Below are positions 1-11,689 of a stretch of 32,656 nt of DNA, piece by piece (position 1 is the stretch's first letter; each line of letters opens with the position of its first letter). The stretch comes from Macrostomum lignano. Taxonomy: Eukaryota. The stretch is taken from positions 1 through 32,656 of the forward strand of contig NIVC01003598.1 in NCBI GenBank assembly GCA_002269645.1, in the 5' to 3' direction. Under the pieces are notes generated by a model. It did no database searches. It saw nothing but the letters and a program-made list of their open reading frames with translations, and was not told the DNA's origin. The translations under genes and the position numbers were made by a program.

Positions 1-3
1 CGC

Positions 4-42
4 GTAGTAGCGCCGCAGTAGTAGCGCGCGCGGTAGTAGCGC
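4..42. repeat. Short degenerate repeat, GTAGTAGCGC x3, probably truncated by the window edge
   Basis: GTAGTAGCGC at 4-13, 18-27 and 33-42. Confidence 0.5.
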
Positions 43-570
43 CGCGGTGGCCGCTTCGGCGAACGGTAGAGCGGATCGCGAAGACGAACTTTTCTCTTGC
101 TTTAACAGCACTTTAATTTCTTCGTCTGTGCTCCTAGCATTCTACCACTCACTCAGTTTATTCAATATCTCTTTCTCTTAATTATCTTAAATACTTAGTT
201 ATTATATCCCATTATTTTATTCTCAATCTTATTTCAATTTTTCTAGCTTTCTTAACGCCATTACGCTCGTATGAGAGGCTTGCCCATTGTTCTCGTTTTC
301 TCAGACGCTTGACGGAATTGATAGCTAATTACCAGGTATCTGTGACTTCAAAAGTATGTTGGGATTGTAATTCTACCTCTGCCCTTTCCTTACCCTTATT
401 AAATTCCCCAGCGCTTTGTGTTGAATATTTTAGCATATTTCATCGATACTGCTACAGGTATGCTGAAACTCGTAAGTTAATGACGAGTTTATCTGTCACT
501 TTTTAACGATTTATGCGAACATCTGTCATCTTTTCGTGATTCCAGGTGACTAAAAAAGATCTTTTGGTTG

Positions 571-692
571 GATTGGTAGCAAACGAGCTCAGCCAATCAC
601 AAAATTTAACGTGTATTCAACAAAATCGGTTTAGCCAATCAGAATCGACGTGTGAAATAACGTTATCGTGGGCCAGTTGGCAGCTATTTAAA
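571..692 (+). promoter_or_regulatory. Pol II promoter-like cluster: three CCAAT boxes and a TATA-like element
   Basis: GATTGG 571-576, CCAAT 593-597 and 635-639, TATTTAAA 685-692. The order resembles the LTR promoter at 3361-3441. It could serve gene A or belong to another LTR remnant. Confidence 0.3.
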
Positions 693-1086
693 TCGCTGAT
701 TTTTCCAACTTGCAGCTGCTCAATCCTCTTTCGGTGTGGCTCGATTCTTTGAACTATGTACCTTTACCGCTTTCCCGACGGCGACACCTAACCTAGCTTA
801 TTATTTCCACGACTCGACCCCTCATTCGACCATAAACACAGGCACGCAGGCACGCGACTCATGCACACGCGCGCATAGGGTGTACAGAGGCCCTGACTTT
901 CTACTAATCGTCAGGCATGTAACTAGACACTCTGCCTTTTGGGTTGGCCTTCGTGTGTATAGATCGTACGAGAACCCCGACCGATTTTCTGGCACAAGCG
1001 CCCAGGTCAATACTAAAAGTGAATTTTTGATTTGCTCCAATTAAATCTTAGGAGGAGTGAGTTGAATTAGTGAGAAAGCGAAGGTC

Positions 1087-1180
1087 CAAGGACTACTTAA
1101 CAACTTAGGACGCTACACTCGCGAATAGTAGAAATTTTAGAAAAAGCCGCTTGCTCTGCTCTGTCGTTAAGTAGTCCTTG
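1087..1180. repeat. Inverted repeat / hairpin with a perfect 15-bp stem
   Basis: CAAGGACTACTTAAC (1087-1101) is the exact reverse complement of GTTAAGTAGTCCTTG (1166-1180); extends to 17/18. Confidence 0.8.
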
Positions 1181-1960
1181 CGAAGGTTACGCTATGAAAG
1201 CTCACATGATGTGCTTAATTAGTAAGCAAAGACAAAAGTTAACACAAAGGGAGAGGCTCTGTCCTCTAAGGCTCTGTCTGATCTGTCTACATCAGCGCTG
1301 CGAGAGGTTGATTAGTGCATTTTCGGCGAGAAAACCGTTTTACATAATTCAGTGAAGCAATTGTACATTTAATTGCCTCCTAAAAACTTGCTAGCTCAAG
1401 AAACTCACGCAAAAGGTTTCTCAGATTTCGAAGGAGCTGGTTTGGTGAACCATTTTGCACGGGTTGGTGGCGGCAGGTCAGCTTAATATCTCCTGATTAG
1501 CTCTAAAGTCGATCTTTCACATTCGGTCTCTCTATCTGTCTGCCACGTCTTTGCTGCCTTGGGCTGCAGTTAAAGTGGACAAAAAGGCAGACAGAATATG
1601 TCCCTGTGCAATCCTATCCGGGAGATGTTGTTTATCTCTTTATTTGTCTGTCTTTCTGTATTTCTCTATTTCTTTCTATTTTACTGGGGTATTTGTATTA
1701 GCAACAGGAGTCAATTAAAATGGTTAGCTTTTTGTAACACCCATGGCACTATACAAGGATACGTTAGTTTATTCGGAAGGTTTTCAAAATTAAGCTTTGA
1801 AACGATAATTCAGTAGAAATTCAACGCCTGACGTTCTCTGGCTACCTTGTGTCTATGGCCTATTCGCCACCTCTAAGCAGCCTACTAAATTAAATTAGTA
1901 ATAAAAAGCCTTCCTGAACATTAAAAAGGAAAGCGAATCAAATGCTGAACCGCTTTAGAG

Positions 1961-2031
1961 ATGGCAGGCGTAGATGCATCTACATCACGAACAAAGCGGA
2001 ATGCAGAGCAGCAACAGAGAGTCAACAAAAG
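1961..2031 (+). CDS. Gene A exon 1 (MAGVDASTSRTKRNAEQQQRVNK-), unknown product
   Basis: ATG at 1961, open frame to donor AAG|GTATGT (intron starts 2032, phase 2), which joins exon 2 in frame. An acceptor-like CTTTAG lies just upstream, so it may not be the first exon. Confidence 0.5.
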
Positions 2032-2119
2032 GTATGTCGGCCAATACATTATATGCTGTGCAGTGCTTAAATCCTGATGCCCCACTTTGATCAAACTTTC
2101 GTAAAAATCCTGTCTGCAG

Positions 2120-2426
2120 GGCTGTTTCCTTGGGCATAGTTTCCTGGCAAGCTACAAGCGATTCGAATTCGCAAAGTGACCAGCGACAGTCCCTGCAGGA
2201 GCAGCAGCTGCAGCACCACATACTGCGTCGTGTGGTTCGGTCCGCGGCCCAGCAGTTGCTTTGTCAGCAGATTGACTTTCACTATAAACTCGTGAACAAA
2301 TCGTTGGACCGATTGGCATGCTATCATCTGTACTCTGTGCTGCTCGAGTCTGTGCTCTTGTGCGCTGACCAGTCTGTCACAATGTCGGCACTTTCAGGCG
2401 ATCAGAAAACGACCACAACAACAAAG
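2120..2426 (+). CDS. Gene A exon 2 (-RAVSLGIVSW...DQKTTTTTK), unknown product
   Basis: Acceptor TGTCTGCAG| at 2119 (88-nt intron), open in the phase set by exon 1, donor AAG|GTTTGT at 2427 (phase 0). Matches ORF 2130..2459. Confidence 0.55.
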
Positions 2427-2499
2427 GTTTGTAGCGGAAAATATGTAAATTCAAGTTAGAACATAGGGATTTCATAGCACTCTAAAAAATTGACACAGT

Positions 2500-4739
2500 T
2501 GATGTAACCACGCTCGGGTCGCGGGATAGGGCATGGGAACTTTTTCGAAAGTGCCTCCTATCCCGTGCACCCTCTGCACAGAGCTGTCGAGACTCGGCCA
2601 GGTCTCCGACCGGGCCTGGAGACTCCCGCTCTGCTGCACCCCTCCTGCTGCCTTGGTCCCGTCTCCCCTGCCGCCACACCTGCCTTTCCGGAGCCCCCTA
2701 CCCCTTTCTGTACCTCCCCCCTTTACCCTACCTCTTCTGTTTTCCGCCCTATTCTTCCTGTACTTTCCCTTTCCCCCCCTCTTTTTGTCTCTCTCTGCAC
2801 TCTTTTCCTGCGCTGTCCCCTTCTTCTCTGTGTCTACTTACAGTATTTTGTGTGCTCACCGTCTCCCCATCCCCTCCCAAACTCCCAAACGGTGACGCAG
2901 GTCGTGTGACCCCTTCTTCCCCCCGATGACTCATCGATGACTCATCCCCCTCTCTTGCGCAACCTTTTCTCATGCCATTGTTCTCCTCCCCAAATTTCTC
3001 ATGCGACACCCACCCCACCTCCGCTTCTATTGTTCTCGTTTTTGATTCTTTTGTTCTCTCGACCCCCACCAATTATCACATTTTCTCCGATTTTCTCTTT
3101 CTTTTGTTCTCGTTTTCGCACCTAATTATCACCTTTTCTCCAATGTTTACTTTTCCATTGTTCTCAGTTTTCCCCAATTATCCCCGATTTCCAATTCCTT
3201 TGTTCTCGACACCAGCCCTATTGTTCTCAATGTTTGCTTGCGCAATACTTTCGCGACCACCCGCTGCGCCAATTATCCCCACACCCCACCTCCGGATTGC
3301 GCAATTTCCCTATTTCTCATGTTGCTATGCCGGTCTCATGCTTCTCATCATGACTCATTCTGACGTCATTCTGCCGGCAGCCAATCAGAGAGAGGGAGCC
3401 ATGGTAACGACCTCGAGGAGGCGGCTGTGAGGTCTATAAAAGGAAGCGATTTCGGCATGGGAATCGTCGTCCTTCGCGTTCTACGCTTCAACTTCTGCCC
3501 ACCTTCGGGCTCCTAGTCTTTCTTTAGACTTGCCGTCAGACTGAGTTCTGACCCATTCATCTATTAGACGAATCCCTGCCGGTCCGCGGTCTGTTACCGT
3601 CAAGTTATCCTTAGCTCCCCAAGCGAGCTCGCCTATCGGCCAGCGGTCTGATACCGCCCAGCATCATCAGCATCGCCTGATCTACATCAGCGCCTCGTCG
3701 CTCCAGCGCATCGCCGCTTCACCGTCTGCCTGACTGCAGCCTACAGCCGCCCTCGGTCACTCCGCCTCTCTCTCTCTCTGTGCAGCTGCCGGTAAGTTCC
3801 TGCTACTAATTTGCTCTAATTGCCTTTGCTTATCCGGGGTTTGCCTATTTTCCCATTGTCTGATTAGAGAGCTGAGCCAATTGTGATACCGTATCTTTTG
3901 CTGTATTTTACTCAATAGTGAAGCCGCCTAATTGCCTGCTTATTTGCCTAAGGGCCTAATTATTAACTATTAACTAACTTCATCATTATTCAATCTTTCA
4001 CCATCATTTCACTCATGGCTTGCTAAGCCTTTCTCCCGGGGTGGCAAAGCATAAGGAAGTTTGGGTAAGCTAATGGCCTCTCCCCGTGCAAAGCCCGCCT
4101 GTGGGTGCGTGCTGCGGGGCCGCGTGTGCGTGCAGTAGAGGGATTAGCGAGTCTTGGCACAGAATGGCCGTAGGAAGGTTGCAACCCCATGCTAACGCGT
4201 CCCTTCGCCCTGAGCAATCTAAACTGTAGACAGTACATGTTCGCCTCATACTACTCTTAGTAATCAAAGTCGCAAGTCAGCCTCGCTCACAGCCACAAAG
4301 GATCCCCTGCTGAGAAATCCTCCAGGATTGAGCCCAGAGTTCCCGATCATGCCCCAAGCAGAGTCCCTGTACTCGGCTGCATGCGTCTCCCCTGTTAGCT
4401 TAAATCCCCTGGTAACCAATCCAGGCGGGGCTCTAGCCTCGAGAGGTCTGGTAGAAAGATCCAGGTGCGCCAGGTCACATAGAGTGGTGGCAGCCACTCG
4501 GTCATACCATGACCGAGTGACCAACTATTGCACCTTGGCTACAGGTGGGGTCCATGTGGGTCCTTGGCCCTCTGGTCACGAAGCGCTACCAAAAGCTACT
4601 AATCATGTGGGCGGGACAGTCTGGTGCTGGAGGTCCGTCAGGTCGTTGCCCGGTCATAGGCAGCCTACGGTCATTGCCCCCTCTAGCCAAGCGTTCGTCT
4701 CTCAATAGGAGCGGACAGGCGACAAGGGCGGTTACATCA
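2500..4739 (+). mobile_element. Solo LTR (2240 bp), probably Ty3/Gypsy, in intron 2 of gene A
   Basis: Starts TGATGTAACC (2500-2509) and ends GGTTACATCA (4730-4739): TG...CA ends with a perfect 10-bp inverted repeat. CAGT is duplicated on both sides (2496-2499, 4740-4743). Internal promoter present; no PBS after, no PPT before, no recognisable pol/gag ORF. Confidence 0.8.
2927..3441 (+). promoter_or_regulatory. LTR U3 enhancer/promoter: AP-1 sites, CRE, CCAAT, TATA
   Basis: TGACTCA at 2927, 2938 and 3351; TGACGTCA 3361-3368; CCAAT 3381-3385; TATAAAA 3435-3441. About seven TTGTTCTC subrepeats lie in the pyrimidine-rich 2975-3230 stretch. Confidence 0.6.
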
Positions 4740-6030
4740 CAGTATTGATATGCATTTCAATAAGCTATGCGCGTTCTCTAAGCAGTGCAATACGTTCGTA
4801 TAGAGTTCCATTCACAACAGCATGAAATGCGACAAACCTTAGGCAACGATGTCATCTCCAGTATCTTAGTCAGGAATTATAGGTTTTTTAAATCGATACA
4901 ATTTTCAAGGAAGTTCTGCTGTAGTGTACATGTCCTGCAGATAAAGACGTTCCGATCAACAAAGTTAGAAAGCGAAGTTCAATTCACTGTTTCGGGGTCT
5001 GTTTACGCAAAATGCATTTCCTGAGAAGTCAGAGCCTATGCCGTGCGCTGCGCACCATATGGGCCGAGGGTTATGCTTGTTTTCGGTACCACATAGTATA
5101 GTCTTCATTCTGACCTAAAAGGCCGAAATCTAGATCTAATCTAGATCTGTCTGGCCGCCTACGGTTGTTATAGTTATTTTAGGATAAGCTAACACATGCC
5201 TGCGCTGTTTCTAATCCAAAAGTGCACGCGAAAAAGGAAACACGGACCCTGCATTAGTTTAATGTCTCCAACTGAGAGGCTTAGTGTCTAGGAATTGTAC
5301 CTTAACTTGTATTTCGGTGCAGATTCCTAGAAAGCATACGTTATGCTCATAGCTCGTAATTATACGACGTAGATTATTAGCCAATAGCGATAGGCAACTG
5401 CATAAACAAAAAACACTTTGATCATAGTAGAGACCATGATACTCGTAAACCACAATCAGAGTTTTCGCGGAAGTTTACAGGCTTTTAGGGAAAAAAAACT
5501 CACAGACTGAGTTGCTTGTCATAGCTGTCGCATGCAAGATGGCACAAAACCGATTAGGTTCTGGATATCACGTTTGATGAGAGAGTGAAGTTTGCGATGA
5601 AGTATCAGTTAACAAAGGAACACGGGAAGTGTAGGGCAAATATCTTTTTGATCTTTTTTCTAAAAGAGAGAGAGAGCTCCAGGGTTTAGCAAGTTTTGGT
5701 CGCGACTCTCTGGGAGGTCCGCTGGTTAGAAGAGGCTGTGGCGAAGGTCGATATTAGACTGTTCAATAGGTTGTTACTTCAACCTACGCCGCTACTAAAC
5801 ATGCTGGATGAAACTCGATCAGTTGTAACGGACCATTGCCAATCATGTGACTAAGGGCTGCGCGGCTATCAGTGGAATATGATCAGAATTATACAGTTGT
5901 AAGTCAAAAACCAGGTCGAAGTTACAGTTTATTAAAATAGAAAGAAATACAAATTTCTGAAAATTATGCTTAATGGCTGCTTTTTATGCAAAGGTTTTGT
6001 TATTATTTTTAATTAGCGCCTCTTTTTCAG

Positions 6031-6156
6031 GTGTCAAATCATTCGGGCCTGCCAGTAAGAGTTTTGTCAGCAAGGCCTCTACAACAGCAGCAACAGCAGC
6101 AACAGCAGCAACAGCAGCAACAGCAGCAACAGCAGCAACAACAACAGCAGCAACAA

Positions 6157-6187
<31 letters not shown>

Positions 6188-6375
6188 AACAGCGGCAACA
6201 GCAGCAACAGCAGCAACAGCAGCAACAGCAGCAACAGCAGCAACAGAACTTACAGCGTCACCAAACAAGCATTTGTATATTTTCAAGACCAAGTGCCAAT
6301 GGTAGTCGCATCCCGGTACCAATCAGACGCCTGCCAGCAGCGTCTGCAGCTAAGACCGGCATTGCAGACAGATAA
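6031..6375 (+). CDS. Gene A probable last exon, poly-Q (VSNHSGLPVRVLSARPL-Q-rich tract-NLQRHQ...GIADR*)
   Basis: Acceptor CCTCTTTTTCAG| at 6030; phase 0 matches the exon 2 donor; stop at 6373-6375; AATAAA near 6428. Spliced product is about 240 aa. Confidence 0.5.
6081..6246. repeat. CAA/CAG trinucleotide repeat with 9-nt (CAACAGCAG) periodicity
   Basis: Read directly from the sequence. Confidence 0.95.
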
Positions 6376-6735
6376 AAAGCCAAATTGCTTGCCACAGCGC
6401 AACATCCGGGGAGAAATGGTACTTCAAAATAAAAAGAAGAGAGAGAGCATCAAAATGTCTTGCCTGGTTTGTCTGCTTAATTTGTTCATTATTGTCAATT
6501 AATTGTACTCTCAGACTTTAAAGTGAACTTATTGCGAATTTTATCTCATTCTACTGGCATGCATAAAAATAAAAGAATATTTTAATCGCAGCAAGAAAAC
6601 GCTATGACTACAAATATCATTTTAGTAATTATATTCGAATGCGAATGCACTGTGCGTATTGTGAACTTTTCAAGCACCGTTTAGTCTTTCAAAACAAACA
6701 TAAGCTGCTGTTTCAATCGTATTTATACTGAAAGG

Positions 6736-6967
6736 AAAGACTTTGACAACTGTTTTATCCTGTATTTATTCCGAAGAAAGCAATGTCCCATTTTTAGCTA
6801 TTTTACGGCAAAAAAGACTTTGACAACTGTTTTATCCTGTATTTATTCCGAAGAAAGCAATGTCCCATTTTTAGCTATTTTACGGCAAAAAAGACTTTGA
6901 CAACTGTTTTATCCTGTATTTATTCCAAAGAAAGCAATGTCCCATTTTTAGCTATTTTACGGCAAAA
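6736..6967. repeat. Tandem repeat, 77-bp unit x3, near identical
   Basis: GACTTTGACAACTG starts at 6739, 6816 and 6893. Confidence 0.95.
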
Positions 6968-7509
6968 TTCAAGCTAATGGACATCTAAAGTACAAGTAAA
7001 AGGAAGGTTATGTAAGTTAAAACTATGTGCTGACGGTATAGGAAAATTTTCTTTTATAACAAAAACCTCATAACATGGCTTGACGAGAGGCCTATTATCA
7101 AGGAAAGCAAAAGTATTGGTACACTCTATTTTTGATTGAAGACACGTAAGGAAAGTATGGATATGGCGTTCCACACGCAACCGGCCATGAAGTACATAAC
7201 CACCAAGACTCCAACAAAGTTCATACGACTTGCTAGAGTGGCATTCCGTGCATTCAGAAAAAAAATGTAGCAGTGAAACTTCTGTTATTCGACATTGTTT
7301 TAGCTCCTAGATCCAAAATCTTCAAAATAATAGGCCAGAGTCTAATAACCTTATTTCTGTCTTTTCAGAAAACACTACCTCTAGACTCCTCGAGTATAGA
7401 AATATAATTATTAGGGACGCATCGCCCTCCTTCATTTTATTACAAACTTTGAACTCCGAACTTATTTTTAGGGTGTCAGAATGCTTTATAGTAGATTTAA
7501 ATATATGGC

Positions 7510-7667
7510 CTGCTAGAAAGTAGATAGATCTGCTAGAAAGTAGATAGATTTGCTAGAAAGTAGATAGATATGCAAGGACCAAGATAGATTTGCTAGAAAG
7601 TAGATAGATGGATCTGGTAGAGAGTAGATAGATCTGCTAGAAAGCAGTTAGATCTTCTAGGAAGTAG
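7510..7667. repeat. Minisatellite, ~20-bp unit TGCTAGAAAGTAGATAGAT(C/T), degenerating 3'
   Basis: About 7 recognisable copies. Confidence 0.85.
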
Positions 7668-8063
7668 CTGAATGAACAACGGTAATTTTTTCTCTTTTTG
7701 TTTTACAAAACTTTTAAAAATAATAATGGGCTTGAAGTCAGTAATCTTACAATTGGGTTTTAGAAGATAACTAAGCTGCTAAAATGACCCATTGAAGTCG
7801 GGATCTGTGCTCAAATCTTTAATTAAGGTAGCTACTGAACTTCAACTCACGCAACTCACCCTTACAACAGGCAACGCACCAAGAGAGAACGCGGGAGCGA
7901 CCCTTGAACGACAACTTACAGTTTTCTGATACCCTTCATTTTCATAAAAATGTTACGGATGTTACGGATGAAAAGAATAAATTGCTAGCTATAAACATTG
8001 CTGCAGAAAAGAAGAGCAGAATCCTCAACAGAGCTTAAGCATGAATTGAGGATTCTGGGGGTT

Positions 8064-8391
8064 ATTCCCCACTTGGGCCTGGCCATAGACTACAGAAACG
8101 CATTCATTCCCCACTTGGGCCAGGCCATAGACTACAGAGACGCATTCATTCCCCACTTGGGCCAGGCCAAAGACTACCGAAACGCATTCATTCCCCACTT
8201 GGGCCTAGCCATAGACTACCGAAACGCATTCATTCCCCACTTGGGCCTAGCCATAGACTACCGAAACGCATTCATTCCCCACTTGGGCCTAGCCATAGAC
8301 TACCGAAACGCATTCATTCCCCACTTGGGCCTGGCCATAGACTACAGAAACGCATTCATTCCCCACTTGGGCCTGGCCATAGACTACAGAA
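8064..8391. repeat. Minisatellite, 42-bp unit x~7.8
   Basis: ATTCCCCACTTGGGCCTGGCCATAGACTACAGAAACGCATTC repeated; ATTCCCC at 8064, 8106 and onward. Confidence 0.95.
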
Positions 8392-8984
8392 GCGGACACA
8401 AAAACTTCTCTAAATGTATCTCGGTTGATTAAAGCAGTGCTATAAAGTTACTATTTTTGTTTAAACAGACAAGGATTTATTCCTGGATCTATTACAGGAT
8501 CTTTACAGGCCATCGAATGTTTCTGCAGCATAGAAATTATTACCTGGAAAATAGAAAGGCTCATTTATACACAAGAAACTTCGTCAAGCTCAGGTAAGAA
8601 ACTTTTAGAAAAATAACCCACTCACGACTCTTCTCCTTAGATTGCGTCGATATATGAGAGCCGGCACGTTCTGTCTACCGCATAAAAATATTGAATCTTT
8701 AGTCAAGGATAAGACCGTCCGCACGTTTTAGATTCAACTTGCATGACTTGACGAATTTGAATGTAACAACTCAATGGAAGTAAAAATTTACACAGATTTC
8801 AAAACATGGGTTTAATTAAAGCCAAAAATGTATCTGCTCACTTTAAATATTTTGACTGCAATATCCTTATTTTTATCTCAATTATTAATACTGCTCATTG
8901 AATAATAATCGGCAAACGTTTTTATCTCGGATGAAGAATCTATAGCTTGTGGCTGCTCATGGCTGCTCATAACTCATGACCAGA

Positions 8985-9150
8985 TGAAAGAGGAAAGGAG
9001 AGGGAATAAAGGGGAGAGAAGAGGGGAGAGGTGAGAGAGGCGATGAGCGGAGAACTAAGATAAGAGATAAGAGAAGAGAAGAGAGAATAATAGGCAGATG
9101 AGTGAGGAGAGGAGAATGAAGACAGAAGAAAGAAGAGAGTTGAGGAGAGA
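8985..9150. repeat. GA-rich polypurine low-complexity tract
   Basis: Almost entirely G/A on the plus strand. Confidence 0.75.
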
Positions 9151-9454
9151 CACAAACCTTGAGCAGGCCGGATTGCTATTGTGAAGTTTCAAAGCACCCG
9201 GGGGGCCGGATAGAGGCTTCGAGGGCCGCATTTAGACTGTAATCTTAGTCGGTTATTTTCTTTTTAGTAATCTTGAATGCGGTACTAGCATCCTTGTCCC
9301 CCTATTCCATCATCCTATTGGCCGTGTTGATTATCAACAAGCTTCTTTCCTTGAGTTTCTAAAAGCGGTATCATTTGATTCTCATTATAAAGTTAATTAA
9401 ATAAAACGAGAAGTCAAAGCGAATTCTGGAAAATCATCTTGTGATGCTTCAATT

Positions 9455-10355
9455 CAGTCGCCATGTCGTCAACCTGCTGCTCAGCGTCCAACTCCTGGCG
9501 TTTAACAGCAGGACCATCTCAACCACTGCCTGGCAAAACGCGTTCAGGCAGGGCCTTGGACTAAAAGCAGCTCAGGCAAGCCGCACATCATCGAAGATTT
9601 TTGAAACCAACGTGACGAGGTGGACGAACTTCTGATCTCGCGGCAGTTTGCCGGTCCGACAGCGACTGGGAACCAAATAGCAGCCTCGATGCACACAGAG
9701 CACAGCTTTCTTCTGCAGGTTGATCACCAGAGCTATTACAGATGTTTCTGAATGCCTTCGACGGTTAGAGGTAGCAGGGCGAGATCGTCGGCGCAGCCAA
9801 GCGCGCCGCAAGGTCTCACCGGTTTGTGTCGCCCCCACGCTTTACCGCAGTAGAAAGCCTTCGTCATTGGTTGGAAGACCAGTCCACAGCACCCAGGCAC
9901 CAAAACGAACAACTGAAACTCTCCACTGCCAGCAATGACAGCTTCGGCGGCAGCGTCAGATTGTCTGGCAGCAGGAGTGGTGACGCATTCACCACTGCGC
10001 TCGTCCGCAGCGTCGCTTACAAAGTTCAGCGGAACGCGCCGCTTTCGTCCTGTCAGAGTGATAGCGGACAAGGTCACACGCCTCCTGGCCCAGCGGTAGA
10101 GACAGCTTGAATTGCGTCATCAGGGCCTCCCCGCCTCTCGGGTTGGTCGCCAGCTCAATCAGAACCTACCTAGCGCTTTCCTCTCTTGCTGAATGCCAAG
10201 GGTTGTCCCTATTGAACAGGCTGTCTGTGCTCGCATCAGCTGTACTGTAATGCCTGTTTGACACGTGTTCCGCGAACTTGGACACCGATAGCAGCGGTGA
10301 AGCTGTTTGCAAAGTTGGCAAAGCAGATTGCATAGACGAAAGTCAATGATTTTGG
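9455..10355 (-). mobile_element. Decayed RTE-clade non-LTR retrotransposon, RT region (pseudogenic)
   Basis: Minus-strand motifs in the expected order across frameshifts: IIDFR (VDFxKAFD-like), FQLFVLV, LGCADDLALL (YADD mutated to CADD, ~9784-9795), LVINLQK, LPRDQKFVHL, FCQAVVEMVLLLNARSWTL. Confidence 0.8.
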
Positions 10356-10519
10356 CCTCAAAACTGTTATACACGGCCACCCTCATTCTCTGCGCGGGCT
10401 ATTTTATTCCAAATGCACATTGAGCTAATGTACGTGCAAGGTTGGTGTACGTGTAATTGAATGTACATTTCTCTCGTATTGAACCCTTAGGTTGGCTCTT
10501 AAATATATATATCGTAACC

Positions 10520-10610
10520 AATGCCCAAGTCGGGGCCGAAGTCTTACTCAGCAAATTATCTCGGTTTCGCGTCAGTCACTACAGAAACCAACGGTGTGGT
10601 GGAGCGGGGC
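10520..10610 (+). mobile_element. Possible LTR retrotransposon integrase remnant
   Basis: GPKSYSANYLGFASVTTETNGVVER resembles the rve motif GxxFxS...PQTNGxVER. Short and degenerate. Confidence 0.3.
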
Positions 10611-11689
10611 TCACGAAAGCCGTCATTGAGCTTGTGTTTTTGCTTGAGCTCGAGCATCTCACAATGCGTTCGCATATTTTTTCCTACGTCTATTCACATA
10701 CTACTATGGCATAAAAAACCTTCAATAGCCCTTTTCAATTGAATGTAAACAGAATTTTTATTTTTAGACCTGCTGAGCTGTCAACCATACAATCGATGGA
10801 TCAGTTTTCCCATTTTTATAAATGACAGACAAAAAAAGACTTATTTTCAATTTCCCAACCTTTATGCTCAGATTTTGTGGATCTATGCTTGTACAGTAGA
10901 ATTCCTCTCAAGCCCACTGTACCCTTGAAGCAGCGTTACCTAACAAGTTTTCCCATCGCCTTTGTTTAAATTAGGTGGGTAAAAAATAAAATTGTGATGC
11001 ATTTTCAATTTGCTCTTCAATTTTTTTATCAGCCACTTTAGAGTAACCTAAGACACTAGAATTTTTTGTACCGCATTATTTACTGAATAGCGTATGCGGA
11101 TCTTTCTGTGTAGAAATTCAACCAGAAGTCAGAATAATGTCACTTGACCGAAAAGCGTGGTGTTCATTTTTATAGATAGGAGAGCTTTCATCAGGCCCCG
11201 AAGCAAGGAGTCCTAGAACAAGAACCTGCAGCACGAGCTAGCAAATCTTTCCCGAAAATCAAATTTTCAGACAATTGTAGACTGGACGCAGTTATCTAAC
11301 TTTTACTGAAGTCTTTTAATCTGAATAAAAATTATCGTAATATGTCTAGAGTTAGTGCCAGGGCTTGGCAGGACAGACTCTTCCACCAACGCCTCGAGCG
11401 GCAGTGCTGTATGGTCCATTTCTCAAAGGATTTTTTAGAAGTTACTGCTACATTTGAGGTGACAGTCGGAGCGAACTGTGCCTATTGCATCCTAGAAAAC
11501 GTAGACGCTACATACTGCCTAGCCTTCACAAGGCACCGGCTTCACCACCTAGGGCCGAACCCACAAATCGATGAAACATGCCAACCCGAGAACATTCCAC
11601 GGCTCGTCAGGTTCCTCCAGATCACAAGGCGAGCCTCTATCTTCCCAACCGAAGACGCGCAGTAGGAACGATGGGCAAAATTCCCTGAT

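Noticed and set aside
2533-3430. Pro/Phe/Leu/Ser-rich ORFs inside the LTR
   Set aside because: They result from the pyrimidine-rich U3 composition and show no gag or pol motifs.
4750-5650. Segment that may be an abundant dispersed repeat
   Set aside because: No termini, TSD or coding motif could be shown from this window alone.
7998-8432. ORF with IPHLGLAIDYRNAF repeats as a repeat protein
   Set aside because: It follows from a 42-bp (multiple of 3) minisatellite; non-ATG start and no flanking gene structure.
9160-9240. GGGCCGG...GGGCCGCAT stretch resembling hAT/Charlie subterminal sequence
   Set aside because: Too short, and no partner terminus or TSD was found.
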